DNA of 64,000 bases from positions 186,001-250,000 of the IMG/VR virus record IMGVR_UViG_3300042934_000594. The stretch is one strand, 5' to 3'. Numbering within the stretch: the stretch's first letter is position 1; each line of letters begins with the position of its first letter. Shown piece by piece: positions 1 to 9,843 of this stretch. Made by a program: the position numbers and the translations under genes. The notes under the pieces are model-generated. The model worked only from the letters and a program-made list of their open reading frames with translations, did no database searches and was not told the origin of the DNA.

Positions 1-1
1 G

Positions 2-409
2 ATCTACGCATACAACGGTTCTCCAGCCGCCGGGGGTGGGATCAACTTCGCCAACTGCTACTACATCGAGATCTCCACTCACCAAGGGCACATCATTGTC
101 GGCACCTCAAAGGCTAACGGTGAGCCTTTCCAATACACGGTGCAGATCAACACCAAGGAAGGGGCGGTGTCCATCACCGACGACATCGGTCACCTGGTCG
201 AGATGGACTCCGGGGATCGGCGCATCCAACTGCTTAACCCCGATGCAACGATGGTCAAGCTGGAACGCAAGGTCCTGTCGTTCAATGCCGATGAGGCCAT
301 CAACTTCACTTGCGGGGGCACGACCTTCTCGATGACGCCAAACTCCGTGTCGTGGAAGACGTCACTGTGGAAAGCCGTCGCTTCAGCAGTGAACTGGGTC
401 AAGGGGTAA
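2..409 (+). CDS. C-terminal part of baseplate central spike protein (phiKZ gp164-like; gp5/VgrG-type beta-helix end); 5' end lies outside the window
   Basis: Frame is open from base 2 (IYAYNGS...EISTHQGHIIVGTSKANGEPFQYTVQINTKEG...). Beta-strand-repeat character; lies directly upstream of a PAAR gene. Confidence 0.7.
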   Translation: MYAYNGSPAAGGGINFANCYYIEISTHQGHIIVGTSKANGEPFQYTVQINTKEGAVSITDDIGHLVEMDSGDRRIQLLNPDATMVKLERKVLSFNADEAINFTCGGTTFSMTPNSVSWKTSLWKAVASAVNWVKG

Positions 410-412
410 TGT

Positions 413-673
413 ATGCCAGGAATCAGTTTGGTGGGGGTGGACACAGCCGGTGGGTTGATCACCGGGCAACTCAATACGCTCATGCAGGTGGACGGCAAGT
501 TTGCATCGGTCGTCGGTGACGTGGTGGCACCTCACCCGGGCCACATTCGCCAAGTGATGCAGCAAGGCGCTCCGTGGTTCACCATTGACGGAATTCCGGT
601 TTGCCATGCCGGGGATCAAGCCTCATGCGGCCACAGTGCCACCGGGCAGGCGTGGTTCGACATCAGTCCATGA
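413..673 (+). CDS. PAAR-domain spike tip protein
   Basis: 86 aa with PAAR-type repeats (VGVDTAGG, VVGDVVAPH, VCHAGDQASCGH) and His/Cys metal ligands; follows the spike gene. Confidence 0.85.
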   Translation: MPGISLVGVDTAGGLITGQLNTLMQVDGKFASVVGDVVAPHPGHIRQVMQQGAPWFTIDGIPVCHAGDQASCGHSATGQAWFDISP

Positions 674-710
674 CAACATACAGCCTCCCCGAAGGGAGGC
701 TGCTATGCCG
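674..710. terminator. Bidirectional hairpin between convergent genes (CATA..GCCTCCC-CGAA-GGGAGGC..TATG family)
   Basis: GC stem; loop reads UUCG on the minus strand; convergent ORF ends on both sides. Confidence 0.7.
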
Positions 711-725
711 CTACAGGGGCGAGGC

Positions 726-1295
726 TTATGAGTTGCTGTTTACCAACTCGTTCAGGATCGGCCAGTCGGTGGCATTGATTTCATGGAAACGCCACTCGGC
801 AACTGTGTGTTTGTCAATGCGGTAACTGGCATGACCACTGTCCACCATGTAGCCCAACATGCGCGGTTCCGGACCTATATTGGTATCCGCACCTGGAATA
901 CGGATCATGAACGCACCCCGGTCTTTCTCTTCGAGGCGATAATCGCGCAAGGCCCAGAAGGTGAGCTTGTCACCAAACTGTTCACGCAGAGCAGGGTAGG
1001 CGACCTTAAATGACAGGATGTCGCTCTTGACGGCCTCCCGCAACGCATGGGTTGCCAGCATGTTCGCGGTCTCGGGTAACAGCAGGTACTTCTCGCAGCG
1101 TCCGCCCGGGTGGTGATCGAAATGGATCTGATCGCTTTCTTCGATGGATCCGTTCTCGGTTAAGTAGTAACCAAGGAACAGCCCCTCGTCATCCCAACGT
1201 TCGTAAAAACGATGTTGGTTGTTATCCGGGTCCAGGACATACAGGCACATACCAGCTTTGAGTGCGTCGCTGATGTAATCTAGGTAATGGCGCAT
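726..1295 (-). CDS. Hypothetical protein
   Basis: 189-aa ORF with a GGAGA RBS, bounded by hairpins. Confidence 0.7.
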   Translation of the reverse strand: MRHYLDYISDALKAGMCLYVLDPDNNQHRFYERWDDEGLFLGYYLTENGSIEESDQIHFDHHPGGRCEKYLLLPETANMLATHALREAVKSDILSFKVAYPALREQFGDKLTFWALRDYRLEEKDRGAFMIRIPGADTNIGPEPRMLGYMVDSGHASYRIDKHTVAEWRFHEINATDWPILNELVNSNS

Positions 1296-1400
1296 GGGGT
1301 GTCTCCTGAGGGGCCCGAGGGAAGTTCAGGCCTTCATACTACTGCCGTGCCCAGTAATCCCTCAGACGGCATAAAGGCGTCCCTAAGGACACCCTCATGG

Positions 1401-2612
1401 TTACACGCCTTCTGCTTCGTAGTGGTTCAAACAGTGACCGATAAACGTCAGGTACACGTTGAGCTCCACCGCCAACCAATGAGTGAAGTTACCCATCGGT
1501 TCAGCCAGTTTCTGCGAGATGGCCCCCAGCATGTGCATCAGCGCATTGCCGGAGTTGTTGGCTTCCTGACCAATTCGTTCGGAACGGTCAGCGATGGTGC
1601 GAATGGCATCATCGACCACGCTCTTCACGGTCTGGAAATCTTTCATGCCGGCTTCACCGGATTCACCGATTTCCAAGATGGCCGAGATCTTCTCCACCAG
1701 AGCGCTCAGTGTCTTGATCGACGGAACATCGATGGTACGCGCCGAACGATCGGCTGTATTCATCTGAAGCTCTGTGAACTTGACCGCAAACGACTGTTGA
1801 ATCAGTTGGCCATACCGCTCAGTGCCGACTTCCTTGCCCAGGTCCGCCACGTGGCCTGGGTGGATGAACAGCAGCGCGTAGTTGCCGGGTAGAACAGCGG
1901 AGTGGTACCAGTGACCATTGTCCTTGACACCGCTCGGTAACTGCCCTGCCGGGGCTTGCACAGTCCCGTGTGGGACTTTCATGTGACGCTCCAGCGACTT
2001 GGCGAAACCCGCCATGGCGCCTTCAGTCACAGCAGAGGTGGTACGGTCCCCGTTATTGCTCAGCAGGTTCACGAATTCACGCGCAGCATCACGCGCGACG
2101 TCCGCCACTGCCTTGGGGTACTTCTCCAGCACGTATTCGCTCAAGGCCCGAATGTCCTCAAGGTTGGAGGTCTCAGCCCCCACGAACTTACCGTCGACGC
2201 AGAGTCGGTTGATCCCCGACACTTCCATCTTGGTGTACGTCACCTTGTTGCCCATCTTGCCCAGGCGCTTGGAGATCGAACGCTGATGGCCGCGAACACG
2301 GCCCAGGCTACCGGTAAACTTGACGTAAAGAGAACCGATCATTTCAAACAACACCTTCAAAGCCGCCTTGGTTGCCTTGGCGACTTTGACGATACCGTCT
2401 TTCAGTGCGCGTAGGGTAATGGCACTGCCTTCTTTGATATCGAAGTCAGGGTCAATACTCTCAAGGCCCACCCTGATAGAACGCAGGGTGTGCCCGTCCG
2501 CTTTATCGCCTTGCCCACTCAGCAGGTCCGCGTAGGCTTCCAGGGCATCGGTCATGCGACCGAAGCTGTCCAGATCGCCATTCACTTGTTGGTAAGCAGC
2601 AAGTTCGTCCAT
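1401..2612 (-). CDS. Internal head / inner-body protein (phiKZ gp163-like paralog family)
   Basis: 403 aa; SIRVGLES motif shared with the neighbouring paralog (SIRIGLEA); similar C-terminal domain; S/A/G-x-E protease site. Confidence 0.7.
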   Translation of the reverse strand: MDELAAYQQVNGDLDSFGRMTDALEAYADLLSGQGDKADGHTLRSIRVGLESIDPDFDIKEGSAITLRALKDGIVKVAKATKAALKVLFEMIGSLYVKFTGSLGRVRGHQRSISKRLGKMGNKVTYTKMEVSGINRLCVDGKFVGAETSNLEDIRALSEYVLEKYPKAVADVARDAAREFVNLLSNNGDRTTSAVTEGAMAGFAKSLERHMKVPHGTVQAPAGQLPSGVKDNGHWYHSAVLPGNYALLFIHPGHVADLGKEVGTERYGQLIQQSFAVKFTELQMNTADRSARTIDVPSIKTLSALVEKISAILEIGESGEAGMKDFQTVKSVVDDAIRTIADRSERIGQEANNSGNALMHMLGAISQKLAEPMGNFTHWLAVELNVYLTFIGHCLNHYEAEGV

Positions 2613-2614
2613 GA

Positions 2615-4864
2615 TTACTCCCCGACGCGCGAGGCGGAACCATTGACGGTTTGACCAGCGCCGCCGGTGGCGCCGTGGTGGTCAGCGAAGCGATCCAGGA
2701 TCGCCACGTAGGCCTTGGCCAGCGATGCCACGTAACCGATCAGGTTGCCCGACGGGGTAGCGTACGCTTTGGACAGACCGTTCATCAACTGCTGACCGTT
2801 AGACGCCCAGGCCACGCCCATGTTGCGGCTGTACCAGTCACGGCCCAGATCTTCGACTTCCTTGGCAAACAGCTCATTGTTGCGCTTGGCATCTTTGAGG
2901 TCTTCCAGGGTCGCGAGCAACGCGGCGCATTCAGCGACCATCTGCTTGAGTACACGAGCATCCGGTACCTTCACACCGTCACCACCGCTTGGCAGCATCT
3001 TGGCGTTGGCCAGACGAGCGAACTCGACCTGGAAGATGTTGCTGAACTGGAACGCCAGCGACTGGCTCTCGTCCAGACCGGCGCGCTCGGCCGATTTGTT
3101 GAGCAGCACGTAGAACAGTGCCATGTTGCCTGGGAACACTTTGGTGCGTGCCACAGCCGAGGACTTGTTGAACTTCGCCGGAATTTCTTCCGCCTTGGCT
3201 TTCTCGGTTGGCATGCCCACGAACTTCAGGTTGTCCGACACCGCATCAGAGATCACCGACATCAGTTGGCCGTCAGCCACATCGTGCCCTTGCAGGAAAC
3301 CCTTGAGGCCGTCCTTGATCGCCTTGACGGTCTTGGTCAGCACTTTCGGGTAATCTTGCACGAAGTACTCGACCGTGTCGTTGACCACACGGATCGGGGC
3401 TGCGGTGTCACCGACGAAGAAGCCACCGATACTCAGACGGTCTGCACCGTTGACCACCATGCGTTTCTCGTTGGTGCTGCGGATGCTGTCGACCTTGGCC
3501 TTGACTTCGTCCAGCTTGGTCACCAGGGCACCGGTATCGTGCATGATGCCGTTCCAGATGTCAGCCAGCCACTCGAGCAGTTTCTTGACGGCCGCGCGAG
3601 CGATTTCCATCATCTGCTTCATCTTGCCTTCGGTGGCGGCGACCGACTTGTTCGAAGCTTCGTGCTGGGTGGTGGCCACAGCGAAGTCTTCGTTGGACGG
3701 CACGCCGTCGAGCAAGAACTGCTCACCGAACGCTTCCAGGCCGATGCGGATCGATTTGGCCAGGGTCGGCGAAACCACGCCGTCCTTGTCGATGGCATGG
3801 GTCAGCAGGGCGTGGTATTGCTCGAGCGCTGTGCTCACCACGTCGATGCGGTCCAGGTCGTCAGCCACTTCATTCATGTGGCGGTTGGCGATCTGCACTT
3901 CCGATTCGCTGTCCGGCATGTCGAACGGCAGTACTTCGCCTTCTTCTTCGTTGGAGGCCGAGGTGGCTTCTTCGGAAGCAGCGCTACCGGCTTCGCCGAC
4001 GGCAGCTTCACCGACGTGGGCTTTGACGGTGGCATCAGACACCGGCTTGGCCGTGCCTTCTGGATCAACCTTGGCCGCTTCGCTCAGCGCGTCTTCAGTC
4101 GACACGGTGGTGGCGTTTTCAGCCGCTTGCTGCTCGTCGCCTTTAGGGGCGGTGAATTCCATCTCGGTCTTTTCAGCCTTGATGGGTTCAGCAGTACCGG
4201 CCAGGACGCGATTGCCTGCGTCGTCCAGGGCGTCTTCGTTGGAACCGCCAGTGACTTCTTTGGCAGCCGTTTCGATCTCGACTTTGACGTTCTTGTCGTT
4301 GATCGGTTTGGCGGTGCCTTCAGGGTCCACTTTGGCCGCTTCAGACAAAGCGTCTTCGTTGGAGGTTTCAGTCACCTCAGCCGCTGCGCCTTCCACAATG
4401 GGTGCGCCGGTGGCGTCTGGTGCAGGCAGGCCTTCACCCACTTGCGGGGCTGCGGCGTTCTCGCCTTCGACAGCGCCTGGGGCGTTAGCAGCCAGAGCAC
4501 CGTCCACCACGCCTGTGCCGGCGTCAGGGCCTTGAGGCACTACGGCAGCGGCGATGGGCTCAACAGGCGACGCACCGGCTTCAGGGGCCACAACAGCGCC
4601 TTCTACCACAGGTGCAGCCGCACCGCCCTCCACTTCACCCGCATTGGCGCCGCCATCAGAACCGGTGGTCAGTGCGTCGTCAGCAGCAGGACCGCCTTCA
4701 GCGTTCTCTGTTGCAGCTGCGGTTACTTCAGGCACGCTGGCTTCTTCGCTCGTACCTGGCACGGCATCTTCAACGGGCTTTTCAGAAGACGTGGCCGACA
4801 CAGCGCCGGATTCAGCGTCTTCGTTACTGACTCGTTCCAGCCAGTTTTTGAGTTTTACAGTCAT
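2615..4864 (-). CDS. Internal head / inner-body protein (phiKZ gp162-like) with long acidic repeat propeptide
   Basis: 749 aa; acidic Ala/Glu-rich N-terminal half with many SxE sites; C-terminal domain paralogous to 1401..2612; highly biased codons. Confidence 0.75.
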   Translation of the reverse strand: MTVKLKNWLERVSNEDAESGAVSATSSEKPVEDAVPGTSEEASVPEVTAAATENAEGGPAADDALTTGSDGGANAGEVEGGAAAPVVEGAVVAPEAGASPVEPIAAAVVPQGPDAGTGVVDGALAANAPGAVEGENAAAPQVGEGLPAPDATGAPIVEGAAAEVTETSNEDALSEAAKVDPEGTAKPINDKNVKVEIETAAKEVTGGSNEDALDDAGNRVLAGTAEPIKAEKTEMEFTAPKGDEQQAAENATTVSTEDALSEAAKVDPEGTAKPVSDATVKAHVGEAAVGEAGSAASEEATSASNEEEGEVLPFDMPDSESEVQIANRHMNEVADDLDRIDVVSTALEQYHALLTHAIDKDGVVSPTLAKSIRIGLEAFGEQFLLDGVPSNEDFAVATTQHEASNKSVAATEGKMKQMMEIARAAVKKLLEWLADIWNGIMHDTGALVTKLDEVKAKVDSIRSTNEKRMVVNGADRLSIGGFFVGDTAAPIRVVNDTVEYFVQDYPKVLTKTVKAIKDGLKGFLQGHDVADGQLMSVISDAVSDNLKFVGMPTEKAKAEEIPAKFNKSSAVARTKVFPGNMALFYVLLNKSAERAGLDESQSLAFQFSNIFQVEFARLANAKMLPSGGDGVKVPDARVLKQMVAECAALLATLEDLKDAKRNNELFAKEVEDLGRDWYSRNMGVAWASNGQQLMNGLSKAYATPSGNLIGYVASLAKAYVAILDRFADHHGATGGAGQTVNGSASRVGE

Positions 4865-4907
4865 CGTGCATTCCTCGGTATTGAAGGGAAAACCTCATAT
4901 GGTAAAG

Positions 4908-5525
4908 TCAGGCAGGTAGCACGCCCTTGTCTTTACACAGCTGTTCCAGGATGCGGAGACGCTGGGTCAATGAGTCAATCGTTGCGTTCTGGGCCACGAC
5001 TTTGGAATAGTCGGTGGTCCGGTTACGGATGGCCGCTTGTCGTGCGACTTCCAAGACTTCGTGTTGCTCCGGGGTAATCACCCCCGTGTAAGGCGCAGAA
5101 GCAATCTGCACCTTGACCGTCACCCCGAGGATATCGCTCAGCACCGAGGCCATGGCCCCTTTAGCAAAGGTCAGATCCAAAGCATCCGGGAGCATGGCCA
5201 TGGACGCCGACATCACAACGTGTGAATACGGCTGCGAGGCCAGGTTTGGGAACGAAGCGATGTAGGAGCTGGGCACGTACAGCGGTGCCAGCGTGGCCGA
5301 CAGCAACGTGACAATGTACTCGCCATTATTACGGTCGCGGGTGTAGTCGGCAGTGGTGAGCTGGTACGGTTCGTAGTACAGCTCGTAAACATTACCACCA
5401 TTGTTCTCGATGTCAGTGAAGCCACGGATAGCCCCTGCTGTATACAGCGTCGCAGGCTCCGTTGTGAACGGTGCCTTGAGGGAATAAATCCCACGGGTCC
5501 CCGGTGGAGGTAATAGTGCACTCAT
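4908..5525 (-). CDS. Conserved phiKZ-like protein (gp161-like)
   Basis: ORF with C-terminal coiled coil; syntenic position; ATG at 5525. Confidence 0.6.
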   Translation of the reverse strand: MSALLPPPGTRGIYSLKAPFTTEPATLYTAGAIRGFTDIENNGGNVYELYYEPYQLTTADYTRDRNNGEYIVTLLSATLAPLYVPSSYIASFPNLASQPYSHVVMSASMAMLPDALDLTFAKGAMASVLSDILGVTVKVQIASAPYTGVITPEQHEVLEVARQAAIRNRTTDYSKVVAQNATIDSLTQRLRILEQLCKDKGVLPA

Positions 5526-5534
5526 GGAACTCAC

Positions 5535-6020
5535 CTACAGATGCAAATGAAGGTTGAACTCACCCAACCAGAAGATACTGTCGTATTGTGTTTTTACGAG
5601 CCAGTTGGGTTTGGTGCTCCCGCCGGCATACGTGCGGCTCGTGCCCTCCACCCAGAAATCTTCCGGGGTGAAGTTCAAGTTAGCCTTAGTAGCCAGGAAC
5701 GCCAACACTTGCTGATCATTGGTGAACGCTGCAATCTGCGTCAGCTCTGCGGCCGTGAAGAACGGGTTGCGCAAATACTGGGCGATGTCAAAGCGATCGT
5801 AGGTGAACTCATAGAACTGATTGGGTTGCCCGTTGCGCACAATGCGCAGGTACGCCCGGTTGGGGTTTAAGCTGTTGCGAAAGCCTTGCAGCTTAGTGAC
5901 CTGGGAGTTGGCACGCGTCAGACCCAGGGAGGGGTACTGCGCCTTGATCAGCGCGTACAGGTTGGTCAGTGGATCAGACCCTCGTGGGTTGGCCGCCAAT
6001 GAGACAGTCAGTCGGTACAT
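5535..6020 (-). CDS. Putative virion structural protein
   Basis: ATG at 6020 with AAAGGA RBS; FTYDRFDI motif typical of jumbo-phage virion proteins. Confidence 0.6.
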   Translation of the reverse strand: MYRLTVSLAANPRGSDPLTNLYALIKAQYPSLGLTRANSQVTKLQGFRNSLNPNRAYLRIVRNGQPNQFYEFTYDRFDIAQYLRNPFFTAAELTQIAAFTNDQQVLAFLATKANLNFTPEDFWVEGTSRTYAGGSTKPNWLVKTQYDSIFWLGEFNLHLHL

Positions 6021-6060
6021 GGCCGGTCCTTTAAAAAGGCTGGGGGTCACCCCCCAGCGG

Positions 6061-7371
6061 TTAGGTCAGCGCTTCAAGCGATGGCTTGCTGAGCACCAGG
6101 TAGTTCACGTTTTGGTAGAACGTACTGATGTACACCAGGCCATCACGTACCACCCGGGCATACCCGGACGGTACAGGCGTGAACCGCGTCATGGTCTCAG
6201 CGATCCGAACCATCGTCAGAAACTTGTTCAAGAACTCCAGCGTCTCCGGACTCATGCGGTTAGCGTCGTCCGAATCGTTGGTCACCAGAAAGTAGTCGGG
6301 AAACTTCTGACTGAACTGCGTCACCCCGCCTCGGTTTTGGGGGTTACCCACCACACCGAACGCCAGGGACTTGTACAGCAGTGTGCCGATCTCGTACTGA
6401 CTGGCAATCCAGTTAGCCGTGTAGCCCGGACCCTTCACCGTCTTCTGCATCTGTGTCAGCACTTTAGCAGGGGAGACGATAGGAGAGTAGATGCCCGCTT
6501 GCAGGGCTTTGTCGGGCACCGAGTAGCTTGTAGACAGTGGGCTAAACAGCCACTCGGTGACCAGAAATAGGTCCGGGAGGATAGTGATCCATTCATCACG
6601 GGTGTGGTTGGAGTTGGCCAGGACGGCGTCAGCAATGGCGTCTTTGAGGATGTCAGGGCTGTTGCCGGCATTGCCGTAGCCGATCACGATCCAGTAGGTG
6701 GGCACCTTAAAGCTGGTGTTGGCCGGGTTCTGGTAATCGTAGCGCAGCGCCTGCACAAACGTGTACGGGTATTCCCCGCGGTGGGCCTGCACTTCAGCCA
6801 GCTTATCGACCACGTTGAACTTTTCCATCAACGCCTTGACTTGCAGGGGGTCTTTGAAGAAGTCGTCCAGTGGGGTAATCGGGAAGATCGTTTCGATCAC
6901 GTACTCGTCGTACTGGGCACCGAAGGCAGCGTCGGACAACCAGATGGTGATCTGGCTGGCTTCGGATGCATCCGTGTACGTCACGTACTCGGGCAGGGTG
7001 ATGTTGTGCACCGGGTCGTTTTGCAACTCCCCGATGGCAAAGTTCGACAACAGGCTGGCGAACTCGGCATTAACCGTTTGCCGCACGACCGCGGCGCTGC
7101 TGCCCAGGTCGCCCGCTTGGGCACGCTGCAACAGGAACTGCCCCAGTTTCAATGCCGTGGTGTAGACCGGCAATGGCACTTCCACCACCGCCCCGTCCCT
7201 TACGCTATGGAAGGAGAAGAGGGAGGCGGCTGGCGTTGAGGCGTCGGAGTAAAACGTCTTGTCTTTGGCGAAGGTCGCAGAGTTGGTGGACAGCTCACCG
7301 AACTTGCTGACCTGGTCGCGGGCGTTGTTGACTAACGCCTTAAAGGCAAAGAAACCTTTCAGGGTGAGCAT
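6061..7371 (-). CDS. Virion structural protein (phiKZ gp157-like)
   Basis: ATG at 7371 with GAGGAA RBS; MLTLKGFF...FGELS N-terminus and synteny. Confidence 0.65.
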   Translation of the reverse strand: MLTLKGFFAFKALVNNARDQVSKFGELSTNSATFAKDKTFYSDASTPAASLFSFHSVRDGAVVEVPLPVYTTALKLGQFLLQRAQAGDLGSSAAVVRQTVNAEFASLLSNFAIGELQNDPVHNITLPEYVTYTDASEASQITIWLSDAAFGAQYDEYVIETIFPITPLDDFFKDPLQVKALMEKFNVVDKLAEVQAHRGEYPYTFVQALRYDYQNPANTSFKVPTYWIVIGYGNAGNSPDILKDAIADAVLANSNHTRDEWITILPDLFLVTEWLFSPLSTSYSVPDKALQAGIYSPIVSPAKVLTQMQKTVKGPGYTANWIASQYEIGTLLYKSLAFGVVGNPQNRGGVTQFSQKFPDYFLVTNDSDDANRMSPETLEFLNKFLTMVRIAETMTRFTPVPSGYARVVRDGLVYISTFYQNVNYLVLSKPSLEALT

Positions 7372-7584
7372 GTAATTATTCCTCTTGTGCCACATGGATG
7401 GTTATCCATCTATAAAATCACCCACACCAACACTGTTATTTATAGAAAGGGCGTGGAGGATCCTGTAAAGTGTAGCACCCTAGGCAAATACCCACCCATG
7501 GGGAATACCTACCAGAACGAGTGAAAGTACCGTGTGACGGCTAAGGTAGGCGTTGTCTCAATGCGGTTTGACTCTGAGGCAATT

Positions 7585-7878
7585 ATGACTCTCTCAAGAT
7601 TCATCCTTAAGGCGTTGGTGCTGTTGTGGCCGTTCCTAAAGGCGGCCGTATTCAAGGAGCGCACGGTCAAAGAAGTAATCCTTGAAAACAAACACCTGAC
7701 CGGGATGTTGTTGTTGTTGTGTTTGTTGACGGGAGCCTTGTTTATGACAACTCTGGCGTTGTCTGATACTAAAGACGCTTACCGCGTAAGCCGTGAGCAA
7801 CTCGCAGAATTGCAGAAGAGCAGTGCGTGCTTGGTGCCAGTTTTTGATAAAGCGAAATTAAACTCGCTCCTGCAATAA
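7585..7878 (+). CDS. Membrane protein, putative i-spanin (or holin-like)
   Basis: Transmembrane segment LTGMLLLLCLLTGALFMTTLAL followed by a short coiled coil and a Cys; directly upstream of a lipoprotein. Confidence 0.5.
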   Translation: MTLSRFILKALVLLWPFLKAAVFKERTVKEVILENKHLTGMLLLLCLLTGALFMTTLALSDTKDAYRVSREQLAELQKSSACLVPVFDKAKLNSLLQ

Positions 7879-7889
7879 AGGTCCTATTT

Positions 7890-8312
7890 ATGAAACCTGT
7901 ATTTCTGCTGGTCTTCCTCGGCTTGACGGGCTGTGTCTTCAACAGTCCGCGTTACAATGAGCAGACCATCTACGTGTCTCCTCAACATACCCCTGAAGCG
8001 CGTCCTGTCAAAAAGCCAGTGCCGGTTAAAAAGGTCAAGGCGCCGCGCAAGCCGGTAGTGAAGAAAAAGCCGACTAAGGCAGCAGTGCCTGTAGCACCCA
8101 CCCCATCGGCCAAGACGTGTCCCAAGTTTGTCTTGCCGGAGAAAAAGCCTGCACCCACCCCACCTGACCTGAACGATACCGCCATCGGTGTGACCGTGCC
8201 TGTTGAAGAGGTCATTGCCAAATACGCCAAGGAACTCAAGCAGCATCTCGAGAACGAACGGGTCGTTTTAGAAGCGGCTCACAAGCGCTACCTCGAGAAC
8301 TGCGCACAGTAA
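7890..8312 (+). CDS. Lipoprotein, putative o-spanin
   Basis: Signal peptide with lipobox LTG-C; Pro/Lys-rich linker; additional Cys residues. Confidence 0.6.
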   Translation: MKPVFLLVFLGLTGCVFNSPRYNEQTIYVSPQHTPEARPVKKPVPVKKVKAPRKPVVKKKPTKAAVPVAPTPSAKTCPKFVLPEKKPAPTPPDLNDTAIGVTVPVEEVIAKYAKELKQHLENERVVLEAAHKRYLENCAQ

Positions 8313-8363
8313 AGATTACCTCGGTGGCCAATGGTTTAGGATACCGTATTTTAGGGGTGTAAC

Positions 8364-9839
8364 GTGTCAGAAGAAACTTCCAATCCAGTGGACGGTCTAG
8401 TCCTTTACACCGACGGCTCCTTTCGCCGCGGTCTCGCCGGCTGGGGCGTACATGGTTACACCTACACCAACGTTGCAATGAAACAAGGGATCGGCCAGAA
8501 ACAAGTCCCGACCAATCAAGGTTATGAAGAAGTCCCGTTGACGGAGTCCGTGACGGTACAGGAGTACTTCGACGGCTTTGGGAGCGTCACGGTCGATCCT
8601 ACCAACAACACCGCAGAACTGATGGGGGTGATCAACGGCTTTAAAATCGCCGAGACCACCGCCGCCAAAGATTTGCTGCTCCTGATGGACAGCGAATACG
8701 TGCGCAAGGGATTGACCTCGCACATTCACAAATGGAAGAAGAACAACTGGACCAAGGCAGACGGAAGTCCGGTGGCCAACAAAGGTTACTGGGAAACACT
8801 GTCAGCGGCTCAATCGGCTTGGCTGGATGCCGGCCGCAAGGTTGAACTGCGCTGGGTCAAAGGTCATAGCGGCAACTTTGGTAACGAAGCGGCCGATACG
8901 AATGCGTTGATGGGTTCCGGGTCGGTGGCTCCCGACTACGTGAACCGTCGGGCGGGTACGGGGTATCACAAGGTCACGGTGGAGTCCAATCCACTGCTGC
9001 TCAAGTCCAGATTGCTCTGGAGCTTCGGGCCAGACCTCCCACCGTCCGATTTGTATTACCACATGTATTCCTTGGGCCGTTTGCACAGCTACGGCCACAA
9101 ACAAGGGATGACACCCAAAGAGAAGATGGCCCTGACGGACCTGGTGGTTGGCCGTCGTATCTCTGAGGCCACGTTTTGTGTGTATAAAGCCGTGGAGCCC
9201 GATACGTTCATCGACGCATTGTGCGCGATGCACGAGAAAGCCTATAAACAGGACATCAATCAGTTAGGTGTTCTTCGATTAGACAACGCGTACCGGCCGG
9301 GGATTTACCCAAAGCTGGAACAACTCGGGTCGCGTAGTCTGGTGCAGTATGAGGATATCCATGCATTGGTGACTCCTCACGATGATCTCATCAGCAAGAC
9401 ATTGACGCCTCCACGTTTGGCGTACGATGCGGTTCAACAGTTCTCGGTCTTGCGCCGGCAGCTGGACAACCACCTTGCTGGCACTTTGGGTGAAGGCACT
9501 CAAGCCATCGATGTAACCGATTCTTTTTATGGAGAGGAAGTTGCAGGCAAGAAAACCAAAACCAAATTGCACAAGACCATCACTAACACCGTGCCCACGA
9601 TGGAAGTACCCGTGTCCATCAAAGGTGTACCCGTAACTCTGAAGGTAGTGCTGGGGATTGATATTCCACAGCGGAATCAGCTGGCAAAACTGGCGGATTT
9701 CGAACCCAAGGTTACAGTGTTGGTTGTTGCCGACGGTCCTGTGTCGTATTCGTTCTCAACGGTGTTTGCGACGAACAATGGAGTGGCCATTTATCAGTCG
9801 CCTTACACCAAATTCGTGCTACCTAAGACTAAAGGCTAA
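8364..9839 (+). CDS. rnh: Ribonuclease H (long phiKZ gp155-type)
   Basis: LYTDGS, TNNTAEL, DSEYV and WVKGHSGNFGNEAAD RNase HI motifs plus a large C-terminal extension. Confidence 0.92.
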   Translation: MSEETSNPVDGLVLYTDGSFRRGLAGWGVHGYTYTNVAMKQGIGQKQVPTNQGYEEVPLTESVTVQEYFDGFGSVTVDPTNNTAELMGVINGFKIAETTAAKDLLLLMDSEYVRKGLTSHIHKWKKNNWTKADGSPVANKGYWETLSAAQSAWLDAGRKVELRWVKGHSGNFGNEAADTNALMGSGSVAPDYVNRRAGTGYHKVTVESNPLLLKSRLLWSFGPDLPPSDLYYHMYSLGRLHSYGHKQGMTPKEKMALTDLVVGRRISEATFCVYKAVEPDTFIDALCAMHEKAYKQDINQLGVLRLDNAYRPGIYPKLEQLGSRSLVQYEDIHALVTPHDDLISKTLTPPRLAYDAVQQFSVLRRQLDNHLAGTLGEGTQAIDVTDSFYGEEVAGKKTKTKLHKTITNTVPTMEVPVSIKGVPVTLKVVLGIDIPQRNQLAKLADFEPKVTVLVVADGPVSYSFSTVFATNNGVAIYQSPYTKFVLPKTKG

Positions 9840-9843
9840 GCTC

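Noticed and set aside
2651-5077. 808-aa plus-strand ORF (and similar long antisense ORFs at 22137-23741, 11556-12632, 43695-44891, 52515-53570)
   Set aside because: Shadow frames opposite strongly codon-biased real genes; no RBS or recognisable motifs.
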